A DNA stretch of 64,000 nucleotides from Synergistaceae bacterium. GTDB lineage: Bacteria > Synergistota > Synergistia > Synergistales > Aminobacteriaceae. The number at the start of each line of letters is the position of its first letter. Positions within the stretch are counted from its first letter, which is position 1. The position numbers and the translations under genes are program-made. The stretch covers positions 13,881 to 77,880 of the forward strand of contig JAFSRQ010000079.1 of NCBI GenBank assembly GCA_017446055.1, read 5' to 3'. Of this stretch, positions 19,045 to 27,449 are shown one piece after another. The notes under the pieces were generated by a model. It saw only the letters and a list, made by a program, of their open reading frames with translations. It had not been told where the DNA came from and made no database searches.

Positions 19045-20048
19045 GATTTTGCCGCCTCCGTAGCAGTCTCCAGAATCTCAAGAACCTTCACTACCTCGTC
19101 ATCCTTCACGCACTTTTCGCCGCCGTTCTCTATCGCTTCAATGAGGCTGTCGTATATCCTCTCGTAGTGAGCGCAGCCTACAGGGACTCGTTCGGTTATG
19201 CGTTCTCTGCCTGACATGTAGACCAGTGTACCCCAGCGCGATTCGGGGGCGGGATTCCTGTCTATGATGTGCCTTCCTACTGTCTTCTTTTTGCCGGAAT
19301 TGTGGATTACGGGAGGGAGGGTAAAGCTGCCGTTTGTGCCGTGAAGCGTGAAGCGGGGGTAATCTATCATCACGCACATTGATGTGTTCACGCTGGCCTT
19401 GCTATTGCCGTAGAAAAGCTCGATGTCGTAGTAGTCATCGCCGATGCCGGGATGATGTATGCTCCTCACGTCATAGCGGACACTGTCAGGCATTCCCAGA
19501 AGGCTTATGATCTGGTCGGTTGTGTGGACACCGAGATTGTACAGCGTCCCCAGGTGGTCATACCATCCGCCGGGCCTGAAGTAGTCGTAATGACTCTCAA
19601 GCCTCACAAGCTCACCGATTTTCCCGGAGGCTATTACTTCCTTCAGCGCGAGAAAATCAGCGTCAAACCTGCGATTCTGATTCGGCATACACACGAGACC
19701 CTTCTCACGTGCGAGGGCGAAAACTTCACGGGCTTCACGGGCTGTAGGGGCAAACGGCTTCTCGATGAGGGCATGTTTACCTGCGCTGAGTATCTGCTTT
19801 GCGTAAGGTACGTGAAACTTGTCGGGCGCGCTCACTACCACAAGGCTGATTTCCGGGTCATTAAGGATTGAGTCGAAGTCTGCCGTGAATGTCAGCTCAG
19901 GGTAATACGGCTCATACTCCGCGAACTGTGGAATGTCCTCATTGCGGCGGAAGATGTACTTTGCGCGGATGTCGTTCCTGTCCTCGATGTAGGGAAGGTG
20001 ATACTCACGAACGCTGACACCGAAGCCCACGTAAGCAACATTCAGCAT
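19032..20048 (-). CDS. Gfo/Idh/MocA family oxidoreductase
   Basis: VAYVGFGVS Rossmann start and LIEKPFA motif. Overlaps the downstream paralogue by 13 nt. Confidence 0.8.
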   Translation of the reverse strand: MLNVAYVGFGVSVREYHLPYIEDRNDIRAKYIFRRNEDIPQFAEYEPYYPELTFTADFDSILNDPEISLVVVSAPDKFHVPYAKQILSAGKHALIEKPFAPTAREAREVFALAREKGLVCMPNQNRRFDADFLALKEVIASGKIGELVRLESHYDYFRPGGWYDHLGTLYNLGVHTTDQIISLLGMPDSVRYDVRSIHHPGIGDDYYDIELFYGNSKASVNTSMCVMIDYPRFTLHGTNGSFTLPPVIHNSGKKKTVGRHIIDRNPAPESRWGTLVYMSGRERITERVPVGCAHYERIYDSLIEAIENGGEKCVKDDEVVKVLEILETATEAAKSWKQ

Positions 20049-20050
20049 GA

Positions 20051-20908
20051 TTACCCCTCCTTCACGATGTTCATCACAACTTCGCGCAGGTCTTCATCCT
20101 CTAACGCAAGCTGTATGTTCGCACTGAGCCAGCCCTTTTGTGTTCCGCAGTCGAAACGCCGTCCCTCGTACACGACTCCCCAGACAGGTTCGGACTTGGC
20201 CAGCTCGCGTATTGCGTCCGTCAGCTGTATCTCACCGCCTGCTCCGGCCTGCTGTGTGTGCAACAGGGGGAATATTTCAGGCGACAACACATAGCGGCCC
20301 ATGATAGCGTAACGTGAAGGAGCGTCTGCCAGCTTCGGCTTCTCGACCATGTCAGTGATACGGAAGATACCCGGCTCTGCTTCTTCTCCTGCGACTATTC
20401 CGTAGCGTGATACGTCCTTGTCTGCTACATGCTCAAGTGCTACAACGCTTCCGCCCAGTCTCTCATGCACCTTCACGAGCTGGGACAATACAGGCACTTC
20501 ACCCACGAAGACATCATCAGGCAGTATCACACCGAAATATTCATCCTTGCAGACAGGCTCACCGCATAATACAGCATGGCCGAGACCCAACGGTTCACGC
20601 TGGCGGATATACATGATGTCTGCCATCTCCGATATGTGTATCATCTTGTAGTACAGCTCAAGTTTGCCGCGGCTTCTCAGGATTTCCTCAAGCTCGAATG
20701 AACGGTCAAAGTAATTCTCGATTGAACGCTTCGTGCGTCCCGTTATCATCACTATATCCTCACAGCCGGACGCAAGAGCCTCTTCAACTCCGTATGATAT
20801 TATAGGGCGGTTGACGAGGGGCAGCATTTCCTTGGCGATTTCTTTTGTTACGGGAAGGAAGCGAGTCCCCAGTCCCGCAACAGGAAACAAGCATTTCTTC
20901 ACGGTCAT
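20051..20908 (-). CDS. galU: UTP--glucose-1-phosphate uridylyltransferase
   Basis: KCLFPVAGLGTRFLPVTKEIAKEMLPLVNRPII and VEKP motifs. Confidence 0.9.
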   Translation of the reverse strand: MTVKKCLFPVAGLGTRFLPVTKEIAKEMLPLVNRPIISYGVEEALASGCEDIVMITGRTKRSIENYFDRSFELEEILRSRGKLELYYKMIHISEMADIMYIRQREPLGLGHAVLCGEPVCKDEYFGVILPDDVFVGEVPVLSQLVKVHERLGGSVVALEHVADKDVSRYGIVAGEEAEPGIFRITDMVEKPKLADAPSRYAIMGRYVLSPEIFPLLHTQQAGAGGEIQLTDAIRELAKSEPVWGVVYEGRRFDCGTQKGWLSANIQLALEDEDLREVVMNIVKEG

Positions 20909-21065
20909 AATTATTCCTCCTAACAGTATTCTTTCAGCCTCGATGCAACGGGGTATGTGTCTACAGTCCGCGCAAACTTACTTCACGGTCATCCGTCAGC
21001 AAAATCCTTCAAGCCTCGATGTGAAGGTGTCTACAGTCCGCGCAAACTTACTTCACGGTCATCCG
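20909..21065. repeat. triplicated glmM-stop/galU-start junction (units ~70-84 nt)
   Basis: cttcacggtcat (galU start) occurs at 20897, 20981 and 21051. tcagcaa(a/t)at(c/t)cttcaagcct (glmM 3' end) also occurs three times. Confidence 0.8.
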
Positions 21066-22388
21066 TCAGCAATATTCCTCAAGCCTTGACGCTAATTCAG
21101 CAGACAGACTTTCCACCGTCCCGGCGTCGGGAGCTTCAACAAGTATGCGCAATAACGGCTCTGTTCCTGACGTGCGGATGAATATTCTCCCGTTCGTTAC
21201 ACGGCTCTCATATTCGGCGGCTATCTCGTTCACTGCGGCCATGTCTACATTCTCACGCGGACGGGTCAGCGTTATGTTGGTCAGCTTCTGGGGGTAACGT
21301 CCGAAACGGTCAACCAAAGTAGACACATCTTCACCCAAATCATGAATGGCATTCAGGAACAGCATTGCAGTACACAGCCCGTCCCCTGTTGACGTGTATT
21401 CACTCGCTATTATGTGGCCGGACTGCTCACCCCCAAGCCCCGCCCCTGTCTCACGCATCATCTCCAGAACGTAGCGGTCTCCTACAGGACAGCGCAGAGT
21501 CGTTATCCCCTCGTCAGCAAAATGCGCCTCAAGTGCCATGTTCGACATCACCGTAACAACTACCTTGTCATTGCCCGAACGCTTGAGCCAGCGTCCCAGT
21601 ACCCACAAGAGAATATCCCCGTCAATTATCCGCCCCCTGCTGTCTGAGACTAATACACGGTCAGCATCCCCGTCAAACGCAAAGCCCAGAGCAAGCCCCT
21701 TGTCCCTCACGTAACGTGTCAGGGTGTCCATGTGCATAACGCCGCAGTCCTTGTTGATGTTGAGACCGTCATATTCACATGAGATGATTTGTGTGCTGAG
21801 GCCGGCGAATCTTGTCGCGCTGACGAGTACAGGAACGCTCATTGCTGATGCTCCGTTCGCGCAGTCAAAGGCTACCCGGTCAACCGCTGCTTCGGGCTTC
21901 AGGAGTGAGGCCACATGACGCGCATAGTCCTCAACCAGTCCGGGAGCGTCATAAATCCTGCCAACATTGGGAGATGTGCTGTGTTCGTCATGCGATAATA
22001 CCTCCTCGATTGCGAGCTCGTCATCATCACTCAGCTTGCATCCGTCAGGGCCGAGAAACTTTATCCCGTTGTACTCGGCGGGGTTGTGGGACGCGCTGAT
22101 TACCGCTCCTCCGTCAGCATTCAACGCCTTCACTGCATAGCTCACGCCGGGGGTGGGGATTATGCCCGCAAGGTATACGTCAGCACCCTCTGAGCTTATC
22201 CCGGAATACAGCGCACCCTCAAGCATTCTTCCGCTGAGACGGGTATCACTGCCTATCACTATCTTCCGGCCATGTGTGTACCTGATGAATGAACGTCCCA
22301 GTTTCAGCGCAAGCTCAGGGATCATGTTGCCGCTGTTGGCCAAGTCCCGGACTCCGTCTGTGCCGAATAGTTTGCGTTCTTGTGTCAA
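21066..22388 (-). CDS. glmM: phosphoglucosamine mutase
   Basis: FGTDGVRD start and active-site SASHNPAEYNGIKF. TTG start overlapping the upstream stop (TTGA). Confidence 0.93.
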   Translation of the reverse strand: MTQERKLFGTDGVRDLANSGNMIPELALKLGRSFIRYTHGRKIVIGSDTRLSGRMLEGALYSGISSEGADVYLAGIIPTPGVSYAVKALNADGGAVISASHNPAEYNGIKFLGPDGCKLSDDDELAIEEVLSHDEHSTSPNVGRIYDAPGLVEDYARHVASLLKPEAAVDRVAFDCANGASAMSVPVLVSATRFAGLSTQIISCEYDGLNINKDCGVMHMDTLTRYVRDKGLALGFAFDGDADRVLVSDSRGRIIDGDILLWVLGRWLKRSGNDKVVVTVMSNMALEAHFADEGITTLRCPVGDRYVLEMMRETGAGLGGEQSGHIIASEYTSTGDGLCTAMLFLNAIHDLGEDVSTLVDRFGRYPQKLTNITLTRPRENVDMAAVNEIAAEYESRVTNGRIFIRTSGTEPLLRILVEAPDAGTVESLSAELASRLEEYC

Positions 22389-23281
22389 TTCTGTGTATCT
22401 CCTCTCTTGGTCATAAGCGACAATCTTATGCTCTCTATCTGTTCCGGGTTCATTCCGTGTTCACGCAAGAGCCTCACTGTATCCTCTACTGTCGCCAAGC
22501 GTCCGCGTTCTTCACCGATGATTATTCCGCGTTCCTCGCCGATGATTATTCCGCGTTCCTCACCGATTGCTATTCCGCGTTCCTCTGCGTCCTGAATGAG
22601 CGAGTTTCTTTCCAGCGTATCAAGCACGTACTCACGCCTCCATCTCCAGTTATGTTTTGCATATTTGAGCCTGCATTCAAGTTTCTTCACAAATTCATCA
22701 TCCGATGTCCTGCCCTCGACAAAATCAAGAAACGCCTTCAGCCTGTCATCTATTTTCCCGTCCCTGCCCTTAGTGCTGAGGAAAATTGTCGTCTGACCGT
22801 CATCAAGCTCAAGCTCTTTGTCCTCACAGCAAATCTTCCTGAACGTGTATACATGCCGCCCAAGCCCGAACGGGTCAAACTCGCAGATGAATATCACGTA
22901 AACTTCAGGCATGTCTCCGTAGCCGCTGTGCCTGCCGCTTTCACGCGCGTCAAGATCCGCTGACGAATGATAAGCCCTGCTCCGCCTCGCAAGATACTTC
23001 ACCTTCACAACCTGCATCTCAAGGATTATTATTCTCCCCGCATCATCATGAATGTACACGTCAAATCTCACCCCGTGCGTGTCAACAGTCTCGTGCGCGC
23101 TCTTCTGGGTCTCATGCAAGGTTATCCGCTCTATGTCCAGCCAAGGAAGTATCATCCTCACAAGCTCAAGGCTCAAATCTTCATCCTGAAACACTTTCCC
23201 GAACATGAAATCATTGGCCAGCGTCAAATTCTCCCAGCGCAACTCAAACGGCAGGCTTCGGTTCATCTCATCAATATTCAC
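22385..23281 (-). CDS. Rpn-family PD-(D/E)XK recombination-promoting nuclease / putative transposase
   Basis: N-terminal NDFMFGKVF...RFDVYIHDDAGRIIILEMQV core and C-terminal EERGIxIG repeats typical of this family. GTG start with a GGAGGTGA RBS. Confidence 0.7.
   Translation of the reverse strand: MNIDEMNRSLPFELRWENLTLANDFMFGKVFQDEDLSLELVRMILPWLDIERITLHETQKSAHETVDTHGVRFDVYIHDDAGRIIILEMQVVKVKYLARRSRAYHSSADLDARESGRHSGYGDMPEVYVIFICEFDPFGLGRHVYTFRKICCEDKELELDDGQTTIFLSTKGRDGKIDDRLKAFLDFVEGRTSDDEFVKKLECRLKYAKHNWRWRREYVLDTLERNSLIQDAEERGIAIGEERGIIIGEERGIIIGEERGRLATVEDTVRLLREHGMNPEQIESIRLSLMTKRGDTQN
22503..22594. repeat. in-frame 24-nt tandem repeat (3.8 copies) encoding EERGI[IA]IG
   Basis: ccgcgttcctc(a/g)ccgatgattatt units read directly. 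Confidence 0.85.
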
Positions 23282-23338
23282 TTCATCACCTCCGTACTAA
23301 TATTCCCCCTCATGCTGTAACGCACAAAGGGGATATTT

Positions 23339-24568
23339 CTACTGGCTGACCGTAATATTCTGCGGCTCTACCCGCACCGCCCGGAATATATCCGATGACT
23401 GTATTTCCGTCCTCACAGGGAGCATCACAGGAGACATAAATATATTCGTCATGTCCGCATATGCCCTCAATCCCGCGCTCACAGGGTCAAAGCTCTCTAT
23501 CAATGACGGACGGCCCTCTACCGTTACTGTTACGCTGGAAGGGGAAACTGTCCATCCTTCCGGGCTGGCTGTACCGCGCAATTCTACCGGGATATGGCTT
23601 ATCATCTTTTCCGCACGAACTTCACTTAGCTGTATGCTCACCCTTACTGATGACGCATTAGGCAGCGTTACTCCGTCAACATCAGGCTGTCTCAGCGGCA
23701 CTACTATTACCCTGTCAGCATTCATCAGGGATATATCGATAACTTCAGTGTTCACCGCTTCAACTCTGGCTAAGTCCTCAGCTTTTCCCTCAACCTGAAC
23801 ATCGGAAGGGTCGGTTGCTATTGACTTCACCTCATAATCAGCGTCAAGTTTGCCCGCAAGCCTCACCGTAACAGGCACTCTCTTACGCGGCAGTCCACGA
23901 GCAAGTGTCCCCCGGAATCTCACCTGGGGCGGTTCTATGTTCACGCTTCCCTCGAAAGGCTCAGACTGTGAGAGCTTAACCGGGATTAACTGCTCCGTTC
24001 CTTTCTGCAATTCCTCGATTGACGGCGTTATCCTCACACTGCCTACCTTCGCTATGTCATCCTCTGCTCCCTTAAGGCCGACTTCACGCGGAATTATCTC
24101 TACTCCGTCTATGTACTGGCCTTCGGGAATATCCTGGGGCAGCACCGTCTCAACTGTCATAAGCCGTGTAACCTGTCGGACTATATCAAGCGTCGTCTGT
24201 GAGGGGAATACCGACATCAGCATTACCGTGTTCGGACATTCTACGTTTATGCTCACCGTGTAGCGTTTGCCGGGAAGCAGGTTGCGCGCGTCAACATAGG
24301 CTTTCACCGCGTCATAGTTCAGGCTCATTATTGCCGCTTCCGTCCCGCGTATCTCTATGTCGACTTCGGACAATCTTCCCCTCAGCATTGCCTGTGAGTC
24401 TAGTCCGCGATACTCAAGTGGGCAGGAGAATTTGCGCGTTATACTCTCCGCTTCCTCAAGACCAGTAACATATATCCACATCATCACAGAGAGTGTTACG
24501 GAGATTATCCACAAGGTTAACGGCGAGGAAAATATACTGTTGAGGTCAATCCTCTTCCTGCGTGTCAT
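23339..24568 (-). CDS. cdaR: YbbR-domain protein CdaR (regulator of diadenylate cyclase)
   Basis: N-terminal TM helix followed by repeated YbbR-like beta modules. Sits immediately downstream of cdaA. The start is set at Met 24568, giving an ATGA overlap with the cdaA stop (the track ORF runs to 24646). Confidence 0.7.
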   Translation of the reverse strand: MTRRKRIDLNSIFSSPLTLWIISVTLSVMMWIYVTGLEEAESITRKFSCPLEYRGLDSQAMLRGRLSEVDIEIRGTEAAIMSLNYDAVKAYVDARNLLPGKRYTVSINVECPNTVMLMSVFPSQTTLDIVRQVTRLMTVETVLPQDIPEGQYIDGVEIIPREVGLKGAEDDIAKVGSVRITPSIEELQKGTEQLIPVKLSQSEPFEGSVNIEPPQVRFRGTLARGLPRKRVPVTVRLAGKLDADYEVKSIATDPSDVQVEGKAEDLARVEAVNTEVIDISLMNADRVIVVPLRQPDVDGVTLPNASSVRVSIQLSEVRAEKMISHIPVELRGTASPEGWTVSPSSVTVTVEGRPSLIESFDPVSAGLRAYADMTNIFMSPVMLPVRTEIQSSDIFRAVRVEPQNITVSQ

Positions 24569-25416
24569 TTCACCAGTCCTCCGCTGTCCTGCTCGACATT
24601 CTTCACCCAGAATATATTGCTCAGGGTACGGGCAATTTCCTTCCACCCTGTTACTACCTGTTCGCCCGCAAAATAATGATGAAGCAACCGTTCTACCTGG
24701 AAATCCTTGATGTTCTTCGAGAGCTTTCCCTTCACCGCAAGTGATATATCTCCGCGTTCCTCTGAGACTATCAGAACTATTGCGTCTGACACTTCACTTA
24801 TCCCCAATGCCGCCCGATGCCTCGTCCCATACCAGCGTGATATTTCGGGGGCATCAGCTAACGGAAGGTAACAGCCTCCCGCAATGAGCTCGCGCTTGTC
24901 GAGGATTACCGCGCCGTCATGAAGAGGGTTGTCCTTCCAGAATATAGAGATAATAAGCTCCTGCGTTATTCGTGAATGAAGAGGTATAGCCGTGTCTGTG
25001 TACTCTCCCAGCCCTACCTCCTGCTGTAACACCAGCAACGCCCCTATCTTGTGCGCCTTGAGGAAGGTTAACGCCCCGGCTATCTGTGAGACTCTCACTT
25101 CGGCCTCATCGGATGACATTCTGCGCTTCATCAGGTATGACTGACCGCGTCCAAGCTCCTCCAGCATCTTGCGCAATTCCGGCTGAAACACGATAGGTAT
25201 TGCCAGACTGAGAGCCAGCAATGTCGACTGTAGAAACCAAGTCAGCAAACGGAAGTGTAACAGCATGGCCGCTCCAAGTAACAGCGCGAGGAAGAATAAC
25301 CCCTTCAGCAGTTGCACCGCCCTAGTCCCAACAAGCAGCACAAGTATACGGTAGATGATGAATGATACTATGGCTATGTCGACAAGGCTTCGGAAGTTCG
25401 CGAGGTTCACCAGCAT
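24565..25416 (-). CDS. cdaA: diadenylate cyclase CdaA (DisA_N domain)
   Basis: Three N-terminal TM helices, DGAVIL, GTRHRAALGISEVSDAIVLIVSEERG. Confidence 0.9.
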   Translation of the reverse strand: MLVNLANFRSLVDIAIVSFIIYRILVLLVGTRAVQLLKGLFFLALLLGAAMLLHFRLLTWFLQSTLLALSLAIPIVFQPELRKMLEELGRGQSYLMKRRMSSDEAEVRVSQIAGALTFLKAHKIGALLVLQQEVGLGEYTDTAIPLHSRITQELIISIFWKDNPLHDGAVILDKRELIAGGCYLPLADAPEISRWYGTRHRAALGISEVSDAIVLIVSEERGDISLAVKGKLSKNIKDFQVERLLHHYFAGEQVVTGWKEIARTLSNIFWVKNVEQDSGGLVK

Positions 25417-27186
25417 TTACACAACGAGCCTCACTACACCGCGATATACCAGCCCCCTAGTGCCGTCAATAGACACAACATCATCGTCCATCAGCGTCGA
25501 GAATGCATCTGCCACACCAACAATACACGGAAGGTTGTAGTCCATAGCAAGGGAATTGCCCTCAGAGTAGAGTAATCCGCTCTCGAACAGGACAGCTCCA
25601 ACTTTGTCCAGAACAGGACGGTATTCCTCGCTCAACTGTCTGACCACTAGAATACAGCCGGGTGTAACCTTCTCGATTGCCTCCTGAGGTGTGCGGGCTA
25701 TGCAGACTTTGCCGGAAGCGTTCTTGTGGGATAAGGGAGTGCCGGACAGCAATATTGTACCTGTAGTGAGGACTTCGACAACGTTTGTTGAACCGGGGCG
25801 GCCTACCGGGACACCTGCCGTGATTACGACTAACTCGCCTTCAGGAAGCAATTTCTCCCGGACGCATGTCGTTACAGCTTCACGGGCGGCAACGTTAATG
25901 TCGCTCATCTCTGACAGCCTGACGGGGTGAACTCCCCACCACAATGCAAGCTCCCTCCATGTCTGCTGGGACGGTGTGAGACCCAATATCGGGCATTCGG
26001 GGCGGTGCTTGCTGATCATCTTTGCGGTTAGACCTGAGCGTGAGAGTGAGATTATTGCGGGGGCGTTTATCTGCTTGGCGATGAGTACGGCGGCTCCTGA
26101 TACGGCATCGGGGACGGGTATACCTTCAAGCTCAAGGGGATTGGCCTCGTTGTTCTTGTGGTTGCCCCAAATCTGAAGCTCCTTCTCTGCACGGTCAACA
26201 ATCTTGCGCATTGTGGCTACTGCCTGAACCGGGTAAGAGCCTGAAGCTGTCTCGCCTGACAACATCACCGCGTCTGTACCGTCAAGCACGGCATTGGACA
26301 CGTCAGAGGCTTCCGCACGGGTTGGGCGGGGGTTGCGTATCATGCTGTCTAACATCTGAGTCGCAACTATTACGGCCTTTCCTCGAACACGGCACATCTC
26401 GATGATTTTCTTCTGGACTAACGGCACATCCTCAGTAGCAATTTCTACCCCCAAATCACCGCGTGCCACCATCACCCCGTCAACAACATCTACTATCTCT
26501 GCTATGTTGTCGACTGCCTGACGTGTCTCAATCTTAGCGAGTATCTTCATCCCTGAACCGTATTCCTGAATGAGGCGGCGAACTTCTACGATGTCCTGCC
26601 GGGTTTTCACGAATGAGACCGCTAGATATTCCATGCCGTGCTGAATGCCCCAGGCTATGTCTTGCTTGTCCTTGTCGCTGAGAGCTGGAAGGGTTATGTC
26701 CGCACCGGGAAGGTTAATGCCCTTAGTGTTGCGCAGAGACCCTCCTACGATTACCTTGCAGGTTACTTCATCGCCTTCTGACTTGATGACTTCAAGGTTA
26801 AGCGCGCCGTCATCGATATAGATATTCTGACCGGGCTTGACTTCCTGCGCAAGAAGTTTGTAGTTGACCCAGAATCTTTCCGCTGTACCCTCGAACGCCT
26901 CATCACATGAAGATACTGTAACATTAGCCCCCTGCACGAGCTGAACCTCACCGTCCTTCATCAAGCCTGTGCGTATTTCCGGGCCTTTAGTGTCGAGCAA
27001 TGCGGCGATGGGTTTGTGTACGGAGCGTTCAACCCTGCGAATGAGCTTGAGCTTCTTCTCATGGCCGGAATAATCCCCGTGCGAAAAGTTCAGGCGTGCA
27101 ACATTCATCCCGGCTTCAGCCATAGCCTTAAGCGTGTCGAAATTGTCCGAAGCCGGGCCGATAGTGCAGACTATTTTCACGAACAT
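25417..27186 (-). CDS. pyk: pyruvate kinase with C-terminal PEP-utiliser mobile domain
   Basis: TKIVCTIGPAS-type start and MVARGDLGVEI. The ~110-aa C-terminal extension ends ..ISIDGTRGLVY. Confidence 0.95.
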   Translation of the reverse strand: MFVKIVCTIGPASDNFDTLKAMAEAGMNVARLNFSHGDYSGHEKKLKLIRRVERSVHKPIAALLDTKGPEIRTGLMKDGEVQLVQGANVTVSSCDEAFEGTAERFWVNYKLLAQEVKPGQNIYIDDGALNLEVIKSEGDEVTCKVIVGGSLRNTKGINLPGADITLPALSDKDKQDIAWGIQHGMEYLAVSFVKTRQDIVEVRRLIQEYGSGMKILAKIETRQAVDNIAEIVDVVDGVMVARGDLGVEIATEDVPLVQKKIIEMCRVRGKAVIVATQMLDSMIRNPRPTRAEASDVSNAVLDGTDAVMLSGETASGSYPVQAVATMRKIVDRAEKELQIWGNHKNNEANPLELEGIPVPDAVSGAAVLIAKQINAPAIISLSRSGLTAKMISKHRPECPILGLTPSQQTWRELALWWGVHPVRLSEMSDINVAAREAVTTCVREKLLPEGELVVITAGVPVGRPGSTNVVEVLTTGTILLSGTPLSHKNASGKVCIARTPQEAIEKVTPGCILVVRQLSEEYRPVLDKVGAVLFESGLLYSEGNSLAMDYNLPCIVGVADAFSTLMDDDVVSIDGTRGLVYRGVVRLVV

Positions 27187-27265
27187 GATAATCCTGCCTC
27201 CCTCATGAATATATGTGATGACAGAATTATACAGGGCTGATTGATTTTACGTGTATGTGATTCCC

Positions 27266-27449
27266 CGCAGGTAGTTTTACGCCGCCCCGCTGTGAACAGA
27301 AAATGTATCCTGAGACATAATGCGCGACAATGCATCATTGAGCTTCCCCCCGTCAGCATTAGCCCCAAGAAGCACCCGGTATACCTCACCGTTGCCCGAC
27401 AGTTGCAGTATGAGCCGTGAAGCCCCTCTGCCTGACTGTAAGAGTGATG
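27266..27449. repeat. tandem remnant copy of the last ~180 nt of dnaE
   Basis: 27266-27447 aligns with 27449-27625 at ~93% identity by eye. Track ORFs 27177..27389 and 27386..27625 are artefacts of this copy. Confidence 0.85.

Noticed and set aside
22385-23338. The Rpn-like gene as part of an intact IS or transposon.
   Set aside because: No terminal inverted repeats or target-site duplication were found flanking it. It is translationally coupled to glmM, which argues against a discrete mobile unit.
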